A stretch of 64,000 nucleotides of DNA from Gammaproteobacteria bacterium (GTDB taxonomy: Bacteria > Pseudomonadota > Gammaproteobacteria > Eutrophobiales > Eutrophobiaceae): NCBI GenBank assembly GCA_965222155.1, contig CBDCTH010000012.1, forward strand, positions 1,376,001 through 1,440,000, given 5' to 3'. Made by a program: the position numbers and the translations under genes. Under the pieces are notes generated by a model. It worked only from the letters and a program-made list of their open reading frames with translations, was not told where the DNA came from and ran no database searches. Shown here piece after piece: positions 9,401-19,052 of this stretch (the stretch's first letter is position 1; each line of letters opens with the position of its first letter).

Positions 9401-11026
9401 ATGAAACGCTTAAATATTGTTTATGCAGGTTTAATTTTCTGTTCGCCCTCCGTGTTTGCGGTCGTGGAGGAGCAAGTTCGTCGACCCGTGAATATTGCTG
9501 CCTTGGTAACCTTTGTAATGTTCATGATATTAACACTGGCGATTACTACCTGGGCTGCTCGTCGAACCCGTTCCCGCAAGGATTATTATGCTGCCGGCGG
9601 GAACATTAGCGGGTTGCAAAACGGTTTTGCCATTGCCGGCGACACAATGTCGGCAGCATCATTTCTGGGTCTGGTGGGTCTTGTCTATATGGTAGGCTTT
9701 GACGCACTTTATTTTATTGTCAGTCTGGTAGTCAGCTGGCTGGTTGTCCTGATTGTTATTGCGGAACGACTGAGGAACCTGGGCTCCTATACCTTCGCTG
9801 ATGCAATATCCTATCGGCTGTCCCGAAAACCTATTCGTATTTTATCCGCCACCTGTGCGCTGGCGATTATGATCCCTTATCTACTCGCACAGCTTGTTGC
9901 AGCGGGCACCCTGGTCGAAGGATTGTTTGGATTAAACTATACTCAGGGTGTGATTATTGTCGGCGTGTTGATGATAATCTATGTGACATTCGGTGGGATG
10001 ATGGCCACGACCTGGGTGCAGATTGTCAAGGCAGTACTGCTGGTCGGCGGAGGCACCATGCTGGCCCTTTGCGTTTTATATGTCTTCAGTTTTAATGCTG
10101 GAGATCTACTCAGTTCAGCTCTTGAGGCACATCCGTCGGGTAAAGATCTGATAGCGCCTGGCGGTTTGTATAGGGATATTATTTCCGCAGTGTCTCTGAG
10201 TTTAGCCTTCATCGGCGGTACTGCGGCCATGCCGCATGTGTTAATGCGCTTTTTTACAGTATCTGATGCGGTTCAGGCTCGTCGTTCTGCCGCCATCGCG
10301 GTCGGCCTGATTGCCTATTTTCAGATAATCGTACTTATCATTGGCTTCGGTGCGGTGGCGATGTTAATAAATAATGCCGATTATTCTACCGGTGGCACCG
10401 GTATTGTCGGCGGCAGTAATATGGTCGCGATCCACCTTGCGGAGTATCTTGGTGGTGACGTGTTTATGGGATTTATTTCCGCTGTCGCCTTTGCCACTAT
10501 TCTCGCAGTGGTATCCGGCATTACCCTGTCCGCCGGCGCCACCGTATCCCACGATCTGTTTTCCAATGTCATACGCCACCAAAAATGCAGTGAATCGGAA
10601 GAGTTATTCATATCAAGAATTACGGTAGTGGTATTAGGGATACTGGGTATGTCCCTCGCAATATTCTTTGAAGGTCAGAACGTGGCTATTCTCGCTACCT
10701 TTCCCCTGGCAATCGGCGCCAGCACGAACTTTCCTGTCCTGTTTTTATCCATGTACTGGGGCGGCTTGACAACCCGCGGAGCGCTCTATGGGGGTTACAC
10801 AGGTCTGTTACTGGCAGTGTTTCTTATTATTCTGGGGCCTAATATCTGGGTGGAAGTGATGGGTTTTGAAAAGGCCATTTTCCCTTACGCCTATCCGACG
10901 ATCATCTCCATGGGAGCCAGCTTTTTATTTTGCTGGTATTTTTCCGTGACGGACAAAAGTGAGCGGGCCCGGCAGGAACAGGAGGCGTTCCCCGCGCAAC
11001 TGTTACGTTCACAAACCGGGAAATAA
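9401..11026 (+). CDS. actP: Cation/acetate (monocarboxylate) symporter, SSS family
   Basis: QNGFAIAGD.MSAASFLG, MPHVLMRFFTV, AVAFATILAVVSG. Confidence 0.88.
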   Translation: MKRLNIVYAGLIFCSPSVFAVVEEQVRRPVNIAALVTFVMFMILTLAITTWAARRTRSRKDYYAAGGNISGLQNGFAIAGDTMSAASFLGLVGLVYMVGFDALYFIVSLVVSWLVVLIVIAERLRNLGSYTFADAISYRLSRKPIRILSATCALAIMIPYLLAQLVAAGTLVEGLFGLNYTQGVIIVGVLMIIYVTFGGMMATTWVQIVKAVLLVGGGTMLALCVLYVFSFNAGDLLSSALEAHPSGKDLIAPGGLYRDIISAVSLSLAFIGGTAAMPHVLMRFFTVSDAVQARRSAAIAVGLIAYFQIIVLIIGFGAVAMLINNADYSTGGTGIVGGSNMVAIHLAEYLGGDVFMGFISAVAFATILAVVSGITLSAGATVSHDLFSNVIRHQKCSESEELFISRITVVVLGILGMSLAIFFEGQNVAILATFPLAIGASTNFPVLFLSMYWGGLTTRGALYGGYTGLLLAVFLIILGPNIWVEVMGFEKAIFPYAYPTIISMGASFLFCWYFSVTDKSERARQEQEAFPAQLLRSQTGK

Positions 11027-11091
11027 ACTCAAGCAGCACCTGATAAAACGGGATTATCGCGAATAATGATGATGCGCTAACGCGCTTGCCG

Positions 11092-11429
11092 CTACTGTTC
11101 TGGTTGCGACACATAAATCCATAGTTGTTCTATTTCTTCGGCGTCAAAAACAGCGCCAAGCGCCGGCATGAAGTCTTTGCCATTTGTGACGGACTCAATA
11201 AAACGTTGTTTTTGGTCTTTGGGAAACTTTTTCAGGCTGAAACTGGATGTGCCTGTGGTTTGCATATTCTTACCATGACAATTGGCACAACCCAGATCAT
11301 AAAGTTCTTTTCCACTTTCATAGTCTTCCTTATCCGGCGGACTTGCAGCAACTACCGGACTGAATATCAGTAACACGCCGACACCCAGGATCGAAAAAAA
11401 TAATGTTTAAGTGACGAACGGAGCGACAT
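11092..11429 (-). CDS. c-type cytochrome (partner of a PQQ dehydrogenase); signal peptide out of frame at the A7 run near 11394-11400
   Basis: CANCHG haem motif and a MPA distal Met. The ATG at 11429 needs one extra base to be in frame. Confidence 0.75.
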
Positions 11430-11452
11430 GGGTAATTTCATAATATTCGAGG

Positions 11453-11914
11453 TCACTCTACCAGGGCAAATGTAATGAGCGTGCCACCCCTGTACAATTT
11501 GTTGTTATATATAGCAGCGCCCCTGTTAGTCACGCCACAGCATGTGTAGCGCAGCGCCTCCTTGTCGTATTCAATAGTGTTTTTCCAAATTTCCCTGCCG
11601 CTGAGACCATCTACTGCCATTGTTGAATCATGGGTAACGAAGTAGACAACGGTTTTGTACACCAATGGAAAAGCCTGTTGACCGCGATCATCATCAAGAC
11701 TGTATATCCACTTTGGCGCCAGCCGGGAGATATTATCTTTATTGATACTTTTAAGGGGGCTGTGGCGTTGTTGGCTGTAGCCCATGCCATAAACCGTTAT
11801 ATTGGCAGTTTCCTGTTCGTCATTTAACAGATCAGTTTTCGTTGGCCCTTGGGCAAAGGAAGTGCTGAAAAGAAATATATTTATCAGAAAACTCGTGGTC
11901 AGGTATCCAACCAT
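11453..11914 (-). pseudogene. PQQ-dependent alcohol dehydrogenase (ExaA/PedH-like), N-terminal fragment only
   Basis: YGMGYSQQRHSPLKSINKDNI..L.PKW, vicinal CC then NRGAA. Ends after about 150 aa of a family that is normally above 550 aa. Confidence 0.85.
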
Positions 11915-12173
11915 GATTGCGCCCCTGCGCTTGTCACCCCGCTCATTAGAGTCCCTCCACAGTATTCCCGACGTGAAATACCCGACTTGTTTCATTAGTT
12001 CATACATATAGTTGAATTATCCTCATGAACGAGCTGTTTGAATATCAGGCAACCCCGTATAAATATGCCTGATTGAACCAGTATGATAGCTTGCTTCAAT
12101 TAAAAAGGCGTTTATTCTTCCTATACTCGCTATTCTATGTCAAAGTAAAACCCTGGAAAACGCAAGGTAATTG

Positions 12174-12349
12174 CAGGTGCTCCCGCTAACTCGAAGTCAA
12201 TACAGTGATTCTTGCCGGATTCGAAGACAGAGGGGACAGATTTAAATCTGTCCCCCAGGAGTCACGGGCATTTTCCCCTGGGAGGGAGGGCGTCTCGCCC
12301 TCCACGAGGGCAGGACGCCCTCGATCCCGGGTGTTAGCGGGAACTGCTG
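12174..12349. mobile_element. MITE copy 1 (176 bp)
   Basis: TIRs CAGGTGCTCCCGCTAAC / GTTAGCGGGAACTGCTG; 9-bp TSD AGGTAATTG at 12165-12173 and 12350-12358; second copy at 20306. Confidence 0.92.
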
Positions 12350-12362
12350 AGGTAATTGCTTT

Positions 12363-13259
12363 ATGAGCGCCTCCGCCGAGATTCATGACTTTACAGAAAA
12401 GGTCGAACCGGAACAACTCGCTGACAAGATAAAAGAGTTCGCTTTGGGCGCCGGCGCGGACGTGGTGGGCATTGCACCCGTTGAACGCTGGGACAAAGAC
12501 GTACCCGAAGGACACAAGCCGGTTGACGTGCTGCCCGGGGCGCGCAGTGTCATCGTTGTGGGCGCCCGTGGACCTACTGCCGGCGCCTGGCAATCACCCA
12601 ATCACCGTCTTATGGAAGTGAATGGCTATGATTTTCGCAATGATCGGGTAGTTCACATGTTGGCAGATAATATCGAAGCAAAACTGGACCACTATGCTAT
12701 CCAGGCGCCGGCTTTATCCGTCAGCGGTCATAACCCGGTCATCAGCATCATGCATGCCGCGGTGCTGGCCGGACTGGGGACCCGCTCGCTGGCGGCGAAT
12801 ATCATTCTTAACCCCAGGTACGGCCTGCTGTACTACTCCGCCTGTATCACCACCCTGGAATTACCGGGCGATGCCATGCTGGAACAGAACGTCTGCCCCC
12901 ATCCCATGTGTGTCGCAACTTACCGGAAAATCGGCAAGACCCCATGTATCGCCTCCTGCCCGTCTGATGACGGCGGCTGTCTGGATGGTGAGATTGACGA
13001 GGAAGGTGAAATATCCTACTCCTGGTACGACCGGGAACGTTGTACTACGAGGGCGATGAATTTCGGCATTAACAGTTTTCAGAAGGCAATGGCGGAAATC
13101 GTCACGGAAGATGACCCGGAGACGCAGACAAACATGATCAATTCCGATTTTTTTAATCGTTCCTGCTCTGCCGTCAGCTTTTTCAAGGAAAGCGTCGCGC
13201 AATGTTTCGAGTGTATGCGTGTCTGCCCGATAACGCGCCCGGAGAGAAAACTGAAATGA
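12363..13259 (+). CDS. QueG/reductive dehalogenase-like Fe-S (probably cobalamin) protein, paralogue A
   Basis: GADVVGIAP..PGARSVIV, HAAVLAGLG, ILNPRYG, C-x4-C..C-x3-CP and a C-terminal CFECMRVCP. Confidence 0.78.
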   Translation: MSASAEIHDFTEKVEPEQLADKIKEFALGAGADVVGIAPVERWDKDVPEGHKPVDVLPGARSVIVVGARGPTAGAWQSPNHRLMEVNGYDFRNDRVVHMLADNIEAKLDHYAIQAPALSVSGHNPVISIMHAAVLAGLGTRSLAANIILNPRYGLLYYSACITTLELPGDAMLEQNVCPHPMCVATYRKIGKTPCIASCPSDDGGCLDGEIDEEGEISYSWYDRERCTTRAMNFGINSFQKAMAEIVTEDDPETQTNMINSDFFNRSCSAVSFFKESVAQCFECMRVCPITRPERKLK

Positions 13260-14125
13260 GTGCGGCTGCAGGCGAACTCGATTTCAGCGTATGCAGGAAA
13301 GAACTGGATGCGCTGTCCCGTAAAGGCGGTGCGGTGATTACCGGCGTTGCCGCTGCGACTGCGTTTACAGACGTGCCTGAGGGGCAGCGCCCAACGGATT
13401 TATTACCGAAAGCCAGGAGCGTTTACGTGGTCGGCGGCGCCCAGCCCCGGGCCGGTGATTGGCAAAGCCCCATCTACCAGCACATGGAAACCACGTCGTT
13501 CGGAGACCGCATGCATAACCTGGCCCAACGGCTTTCCCGGTATATAGAAGATGAGTACGGCTATTACGCAATTTGCGTCCCGCCCGGTACCGACAGCGGC
13601 AACCGCCCCTTTGTGAGCTTCGCCAAAGCGGCTGAACTGGCGGGCTGCGGCACGCCCAGTCTGGCCGGACCGGTATTGAATCCTGAGTATGGTTTCATGT
13701 ATTACTCCATAATTATCAGCACATTACCTTTAATATCGGATAATCCACTTGAGGAACCTGTCTGTCCGGCGCCGGAATGCAAGGATATGTGGGATGAAAA
13801 AGGAACCACACCCTGTATGGCGACCTGTCCCATAGATGAGGGAGGGTGCCTGGGCGGGCGGCTGGAAGACGGTCGCATCGCGGAACGGCGTTATGACGTC
13901 GCCCGCTGCAGTTCACGGGTGGAAACCAGTTGGGTGCCGGGGTTTCAGAAAGTGCTGGATGCTACACTTAAGGAAAAAGACAAGGAGCAACAGAAATTGA
14001 TGCTTTACTCCTCATTATTTACCCGGACTCTCTGGTCGATGACTTACGCCAATGTGAGTCAGGGGCAGTGTTTTGAATGCATGCGCGTTTGCCCGGTAGG
14101 CAGCAAATACCGGCTTAAACAATAA
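13256..14125 (+). CDS. QueG/reductive dehalogenase-like Fe-S protein, paralogue B
   Basis: ATGA overlap with paralogue A; same Cys pattern (CPAPEC..TPCMATCP..GGCL, CFECMRVCP). Confidence 0.78.
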   Translation: MSAAAGELDFSVCRKELDALSRKGGAVITGVAAATAFTDVPEGQRPTDLLPKARSVYVVGGAQPRAGDWQSPIYQHMETTSFGDRMHNLAQRLSRYIEDEYGYYAICVPPGTDSGNRPFVSFAKAAELAGCGTPSLAGPVLNPEYGFMYYSIIISTLPLISDNPLEEPVCPAPECKDMWDEKGTTPCMATCPIDEGGCLGGRLEDGRIAERRYDVARCSSRVETSWVPGFQKVLDATLKEKDKEQQKLMLYSSLFTRTLWSMTYANVSQGQCFECMRVCPVGSKYRLKQ

Positions 14126-14146
14126 CCATCGATACGGGAGACGGCC

Positions 14147-14461
14147 ATGGGGTTTTATTTTGTTGACCCGGAGACATATAAAAAATACAAGGATGAGGTA
14201 CTGTCCTATTCCCAGTCGGTGCAGGTGAATACCCAGGAGTTCCTGCCCGAGGATAAGCGCAAAAGACCGTTATCGGATAAGGAAATCGCAGTAAAGATGG
14301 GGTTGGACGAACGGGTGGTGCGGGAAATACGCGTTGTGGCGGAACGGGATGAATACCCTATCGATGAATGGGAGAAGGCACTGGAATTCAAGGACAAGGC
14401 CTGCCGCGAATACGCCAGGGCCGGCCTGTCTTCGGTCACAAAAAAATATCTGAAGAAATAA
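14147..14461 (+). CDS. Hypothetical protein with an HTH-like segment
   Basis: RBS GGAG; KRPLSDKEIAVKMGLDERVVREIR. Confidence 0.7.
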   Translation: MGFYFVDPETYKKYKDEVLSYSQSVQVNTQEFLPEDKRKRPLSDKEIAVKMGLDERVVREIRVVAERDEYPIDEWEKALEFKDKACREYARAGLSSVTKKYLKK

Positions 14462-14517
14462 TGCGGTAAAATACCTGCGGGATACCTGAATCCCGTCAAA
14501 ACCAAGCGGGGGTAACC

Positions 14518-14907
14518 ATGCAACAAGAAGACAAACTGAAAAATCTGACTATCGCGCTCTATGCCATCGGGGTAATTTACCTGGTCGGGGTCCCTATCCT
14601 GATGATGGGGTTTGACGCGTCAGGCTGGACCTGGCTGCCCAGACAACCAGAATACGAACAGATGATCATGGGTGTGTACGCCACACTGGGCGTTTTCCTC
14701 ATTATGGCGGCGAAAAATCCCCTGGAGCATGCCAGCCTGATTTGGTTCACCGTCTGGTCGAACATTGTGCATGGGGGAATCATGATGGTTCAGGCCATCG
14801 TTGATGAGACCGAGCGGGCCAATCTTGCCGGTGACGTACCGGCATTGTTTCTCGTTGCGTTGATCCTCTGGTACCTGATGCCGCGCCAGGCAAGCAAGCA
14901 GGAATAA
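14518..14907 (+). CDS. Small 4-TM membrane protein (DUF6632-like)
   Basis: YEQMIMGVYATLGVFL..AAKNP.EH.SLIWFTVWS..GDVPAL. Confidence 0.7.
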   Translation: MQQEDKLKNLTIALYAIGVIYLVGVPILMMGFDASGWTWLPRQPEYEQMIMGVYATLGVFLIMAAKNPLEHASLIWFTVWSNIVHGGIMMVQAIVDETERANLAGDVPALFLVALILWYLMPRQASKQE

Positions 14908-15008
14908 CAGACCCGACCTGATTCCTGTTGTTCCGCTAGTTGCCTGGAATCAGGTGATTAGTATAGCGCGCTTGATTATTAATAATCAGTCAGCAGGAGT
15001 AGTTAATC

Positions 15009-16250
15009 ATGACGGCTAAACTCACATTCTGGGTAATGATGATTATTGCCCAGACAGGCGCTTTCTTCCTCTTTAAGGACTTGGCGGATATCAGTCAGTG
15101 GGTCGTGCAGTCCACGCGCCAGTTCACGATGCGTGTCTGGTACAACCGGTACGTGATCACCGGGATATCGTTGGGAGCATTACTGATCGCAGTCATCATC
15201 TGGACTATCGAACCGGATATATGCCCCGGCGCATTATTGGCATTCCTGATTTTTGTATGTATCTTTAACGCTTACTCGGGCCTGATTAATCCGAAATGGA
15301 TGTTCAGGTCGCAACAGCACGAAGCCAGGTTCGTTTCCGTAGAGCAAGCGCCGGATTATATGCAACGCAGTTTGCACCTTGCACATTTCGGCCCGGATTC
15401 CTATGACTCTGTCGATGATATCAATGTCCTGGTGCTGGAAACCGATAACGGCGCCTATGCTTATTCAGATTATTACCTGCTGCAACCCCACGTGGTAAAA
15501 GGCGATACCATAGGCGGTGAAGACGTCATCATGACTTATTGCGGCCTCACGAACCTGGGCATTGCCTACAGTCCGAAAATAAATCAGCGGGAGCTGGACC
15601 TGACCGTGATGACCCAGTTGAAAAACAACCTGGTACTGTTTGATAAAAACAGCGGTGAGCCAATCCAGCAGCTATGGGGCAGCATGGAGCGGGATGAAAA
15701 CAAACATAAAATGACGGAATGGCCGACCATACGCATGCCGTTCAGCTCATTTAAAAAGCTTTACCCGGACGGCAAAGTCTTCATTAATGAAATTCCCCGT
15801 TTCAGCGAGAACCCGGTCATTTCATTGTGGGACAGGCTGGTTCGGCACGTAATGATGCTCTGGGGGGTTGGTCTGAATTGGGTGAAAAATGATAAGCCGG
15901 CCTTTCCCACCGTCGATTTCAAGGATAAACGCCTGCCGATGAAGGAACTGGTTTACACCATCAGCGTTGAGGACGATCATGTTGCCTATTCAAAAGATTT
16001 TATCATTGAAAAGGGCAACATTATCAACGTGGTAATAGGGGGCAAGAAAATAATTGTCAACTATAACCGGGAATATGATGTGGTTACGGCTTATTATAAT
16101 CCGGCAGGACATACAGTCAGCAGTATTGATGTCTTTGGCAACACAGGTGGCGGGAACAAGCTGGAAAGGGTGAATACATTAAAGAGTCGCATAATCTGGT
16201 TTATCTTCGTCGAGTTCTTCCCGAATACAGACGTCAACCGCATTATGTGA
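15009..16250 (+). CDS. DUF3179-like protein with N-terminal TM helices
   Basis: HVV..D.IGG..V.MTYC.LTN.G, NNLVLFD, W.IF.EF.P.T. Confidence 0.65.
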   Translation: MTAKLTFWVMMIIAQTGAFFLFKDLADISQWVVQSTRQFTMRVWYNRYVITGISLGALLIAVIIWTIEPDICPGALLAFLIFVCIFNAYSGLINPKWMFRSQQHEARFVSVEQAPDYMQRSLHLAHFGPDSYDSVDDINVLVLETDNGAYAYSDYYLLQPHVVKGDTIGGEDVIMTYCGLTNLGIAYSPKINQRELDLTVMTQLKNNLVLFDKNSGEPIQQLWGSMERDENKHKMTEWPTIRMPFSSFKKLYPDGKVFINEIPRFSENPVISLWDRLVRHVMMLWGVGLNWVKNDKPAFPTVDFKDKRLPMKELVYTISVEDDHVAYSKDFIIEKGNIINVVIGGKKIIVNYNREYDVVTAYYNPAGHTVSSIDVFGNTGGGNKLERVNTLKSRIIWFIFVEFFPNTDVNRIM

Positions 16251-17782
16251 AAACTTTAGTAGACGTTCTTCTGAATAACGCCGGGACACGCAGCGATGCG
16301 ACCGCTGTTATCGATAGCGAGATCAGTCTTACCTGGAGTGAATTTGTACGGCGGATTTCAAAGCTGGGGAGAGTTTTAAACCGGTCAGGGATCAATCGGG
16401 GTGGCAGATTCGGGATCCTCGCCTTGAATTCCTGGCGCCAGGCTGAGGTTATCCATGCAGGACAGTGGATCGGCGCAACACCGGTTCCGATTAATTTCCG
16501 TCTTGCTCCGGTTGAGATTCGTACCATCATCGACGCTGCAGATTGTAAGCTGGTTATCGTAGACGAGATGTTCAGCCGGTTACTTGAGGAACCTGTATTA
16601 GCCGATTGGAAAAGCAGGCATATTTTAATCTGCGCAGATAAAAACGGCTGTTATGAACGTGACGTCAGTTCCGCTGAGCCGATGGAACCGGTAACAGGTT
16701 CGGCAGACACGGAAGCACTGCTACTTTTTACCGGCGGCACTTCGGGCCGTGCAAAAGGGGTACTGTTAACCCATGGCAATATCATTGCCAATGCAAGACA
16801 AATCGGCAGCAGGTGGTCAGCGCAGCCAAATGATGTCGTTTTGCATGTTCCACCCATGTTCCATTCAGCGGAACTGGTAAAGACTGTTTACTTTATGCAG
16901 GGCGCAGCCAATGTCTATCTGCCCAAATTCGACCCGGATACACTGCTAAGCACGATTGAGCAATTTCGTGTGACCTTCGCTTTATTAGTGCCGACCATGT
17001 TGATGGTAACCTTACAGTCGGGGAAAGCAGCGCACTATGATGTCAGTTCACTGAAACAGATCATCTATGGAGCCTCGCCCATGTCGGCAGACTGGATTAA
17101 ATCGGTATTCAAGGCATTTCCGAACGTGGAAATAGCGCAAGGTTACGGTCTTACTGAAACGGCACCGCTGTTGACCATGCTGGACCACCAGTCCCATATA
17201 GACGCCCTGGCGGCAGGAAATCCAACCCGACTGTCCTCATGTGGCCGTAAACTGGAGGGCGTGGAATTGAAAATAATGGATAACGATGGAGGAGAGTGTG
17301 CAGCGGGACAGGTGGGCGAAATTTACACTCGTGGCGACAACGTGTTCAGGGGTTATCTCAACCAGGAAGAACTCACAAAAGAGGTCCTGATGGATGGATG
17401 GTTCCGTACCGGCGACCTGGGTTACCTGGATAAAGAGGGCTATCTATACCTCAAGGACAGGAAACAGGACCTGATTGTCACAGGCGGTGAAAACGTCTAC
17501 TCCAGCGAAGTGGAGGCCGTATTGAACCAGCACCCCGGTGTACTGGAAGTTGCCGTTATCGGGGTTTCCGATGAAATCTACGGAGAAAAAGTGATCGCCG
17601 TTGTAACGACCCTGTCCGAACCGGTCTTGACCCAGGCTGATCTTATGGATTTTTGCCGTGGCAAGATCGGTGGTTATAAAATCCCAAAAGAAATTCACAT
17701 TGTTGAAAGCTTTCCCAAGAGTGCGTTGGGCAAAATCCTGAAAACTGAACTAAGGAGAAAATATTCGAAGAACAACAGTTGA
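16247..17782 (+). CDS. Long-chain acyl-CoA synthetase
   Basis: FTGGTSGRAKG, GYGLTE, TGDLG, GGENVY, GKILK. Confidence 0.92.
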   Translation: MKTLVDVLLNNAGTRSDATAVIDSEISLTWSEFVRRISKLGRVLNRSGINRGGRFGILALNSWRQAEVIHAGQWIGATPVPINFRLAPVEIRTIIDAADCKLVIVDEMFSRLLEEPVLADWKSRHILICADKNGCYERDVSSAEPMEPVTGSADTEALLLFTGGTSGRAKGVLLTHGNIIANARQIGSRWSAQPNDVVLHVPPMFHSAELVKTVYFMQGAANVYLPKFDPDTLLSTIEQFRVTFALLVPTMLMVTLQSGKAAHYDVSSLKQIIYGASPMSADWIKSVFKAFPNVEIAQGYGLTETAPLLTMLDHQSHIDALAAGNPTRLSSCGRKLEGVELKIMDNDGGECAAGQVGEIYTRGDNVFRGYLNQEELTKEVLMDGWFRTGDLGYLDKEGYLYLKDRKQDLIVTGGENVYSSEVEAVLNQHPGVLEVAVIGVSDEIYGEKVIAVVTTLSEPVLTQADLMDFCRGKIGGYKIPKEIHIVESFPKSALGKILKTELRRKYSKNNS

Positions 17783-17837
17783 AATTTTCATCACATAAGA
17801 TATAAAGCCGATATCGAAAAGTTTCGAGGTGAACAAG

Positions 17838-18200
17838 ATGAATAATCAGCATATCCATGTTGGTGTAGAAGATACCAATCGAGGTTTTGAGAGGTTTGTA
17901 GAAACGTGGGTACGCGCTGAAAAGGGTCAAATCACGGAAACGGAAGTTCATTTGAATTTTCAAGATTTGCGCATGCTGCTATCCATACTGACACCTCGCC
18001 GGCTTGAAGTACTGCAAACCTTGCGACAACAAAGTCTGTCCAGTGTGAGGGCCTTATCCAAAAACTTGAAAAGGGACTACAAAAATGTTCATGCCGATGT
18101 CCAGGCACTTGAAGGCGTTGGTTTATTGGAGAGAACGGAGGAAGGAGCTTTGCAGGTGCCCTGGGATATTATCGATGCTCATCTAAGATTAGTTGCGTAA
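17838..18200 (+). CDS. Winged-HTH regulator / orphan antitoxin (HVO_A0114-like)
   Basis: LTPRRLEVL..SVRALSKNLKRDYKNVHADV..LE..GLL..VPWD. Confidence 0.75.
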   Translation: MNNQHIHVGVEDTNRGFERFVETWVRAEKGQITETEVHLNFQDLRMLLSILTPRRLEVLQTLRQQSLSSVRALSKNLKRDYKNVHADVQALEGVGLLERTEEGALQVPWDIIDAHLRLVA

Positions 18201-18275
18201 ATATTTTTCAGATTGCTTTTGAACTGAAGGATGAAAGGATATATTATTTCCTTACATCCTTACTGGAAAACTACC

Positions 18276-18500
18276 ATGCTAGCCAAATTGACGTCCAAAA
18301 ACCAGTTAACTCTACCGAAAAAGGTGATGGTCGGTTTAGAGGACGCTGAGTATTTCGAGGTAACAAAAGAAAACGACCGCATCGTGCTGACGCCCATGCG
18401 TCTTGCCCGCGCGGGTGCTGTACGCGCTAAACTGGCTGAGATGGGTTTGTCCGAAGCTGACATTGCTGAGGCAATAGTCTGGGCGCGTCGCACTGAATGA
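18276..18500 (+). CDS. AbrB/MazE-family antitoxin
   Basis: MLAKLTSKNQLTLPK; ATGA overlap with the PIN gene. Confidence 0.88.
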   Translation: MLAKLTSKNQLTLPKKVMVGLEDAEYFEVTKENDRIVLTPMRLARAGAVRAKLAEMGLSEADIAEAIVWARRTE

Positions 18501-18946
18501 GTTCTCCGCGAGTTGTCCTCGACACCAATGTGCTGCTCTCGGCCCTGCTGTTCCACGCGGGGGCGCTCTTCTGGCTGCGCAATGCCTGGCAAACGGATGA
18601 CATTCATCCATTATCAAGCCGCGAGACTATGGCTGAGTTAATCCGGGTTTTGTCCTATCCTAAGTTCGATCTGACCGGTGCAGAGCAAGAAGATTTGCTG
18701 ACTGATTATCTGCCTTGGTGCGAGACTGTTGTTGTGTCAAAGCCACCTGCTATACCCCGGTGCCGGGATCCCTATGATCGTCCCTTCCTCGAACTGGCGC
18801 TTGTAGCACACGCTGATGCCTTAATAACCGGCGACAACGATATTCTTGATTTGGCACAAGTCTTTCCGGTCCCGATTCTCACCCCCCGCGCGTTCCGTGA
18901 TACCTGCCTCTTGCCGGACGACCGGGTAAAAAGAAAGAGTATTTAA
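18497..18946 (+). CDS. PIN-family toxin
   Basis: RVVLDTNVLLSALL...CRDPYD.PFL..ALITGD.D. Confidence 0.9.
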   Translation: MSSPRVVLDTNVLLSALLFHAGALFWLRNAWQTDDIHPLSSRETMAELIRVLSYPKFDLTGAEQEDLLTDYLPWCETVVVSKPPAIPRCRDPYDRPFLELALVAHADALITGDNDILDLAQVFPVPILTPRAFRDTCLLPDDRVKRKSI

Positions 18947-18956
18947 AAATCAATGG

Positions 18957-19050
18957 AAATCAATGGGGTCAGACTCGATTGATTTAGCGCATCAGATTCC
19001 TGTTTTCGCAGGTATGGCAGAAAATCAATCGAGTCTGACCCCATTGATTT
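18957..19050. repeat. REP-like long inverted repeat between convergent genes
   Basis: 29-bp perfect IR AAATCAATGGGGTCAGACTCGATTGATTT (18957-18985) and its reverse complement (19022-19050). Confidence 0.9.
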
Positions 19051-19052
19051 TT

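Noticed and set aside
13202-13255. Longer start for paralogue B
   Set aside because: It overlaps the Cys motif of paralogue A; the ATGA-coupled start at 13256 is more plausible.
18946-19052. CRISPR array or attC site
   Set aside because: There are only two units, and they are inverted; no spacer series, cas genes, integrase or RYYYAAC/GTTRRRY ends were seen.
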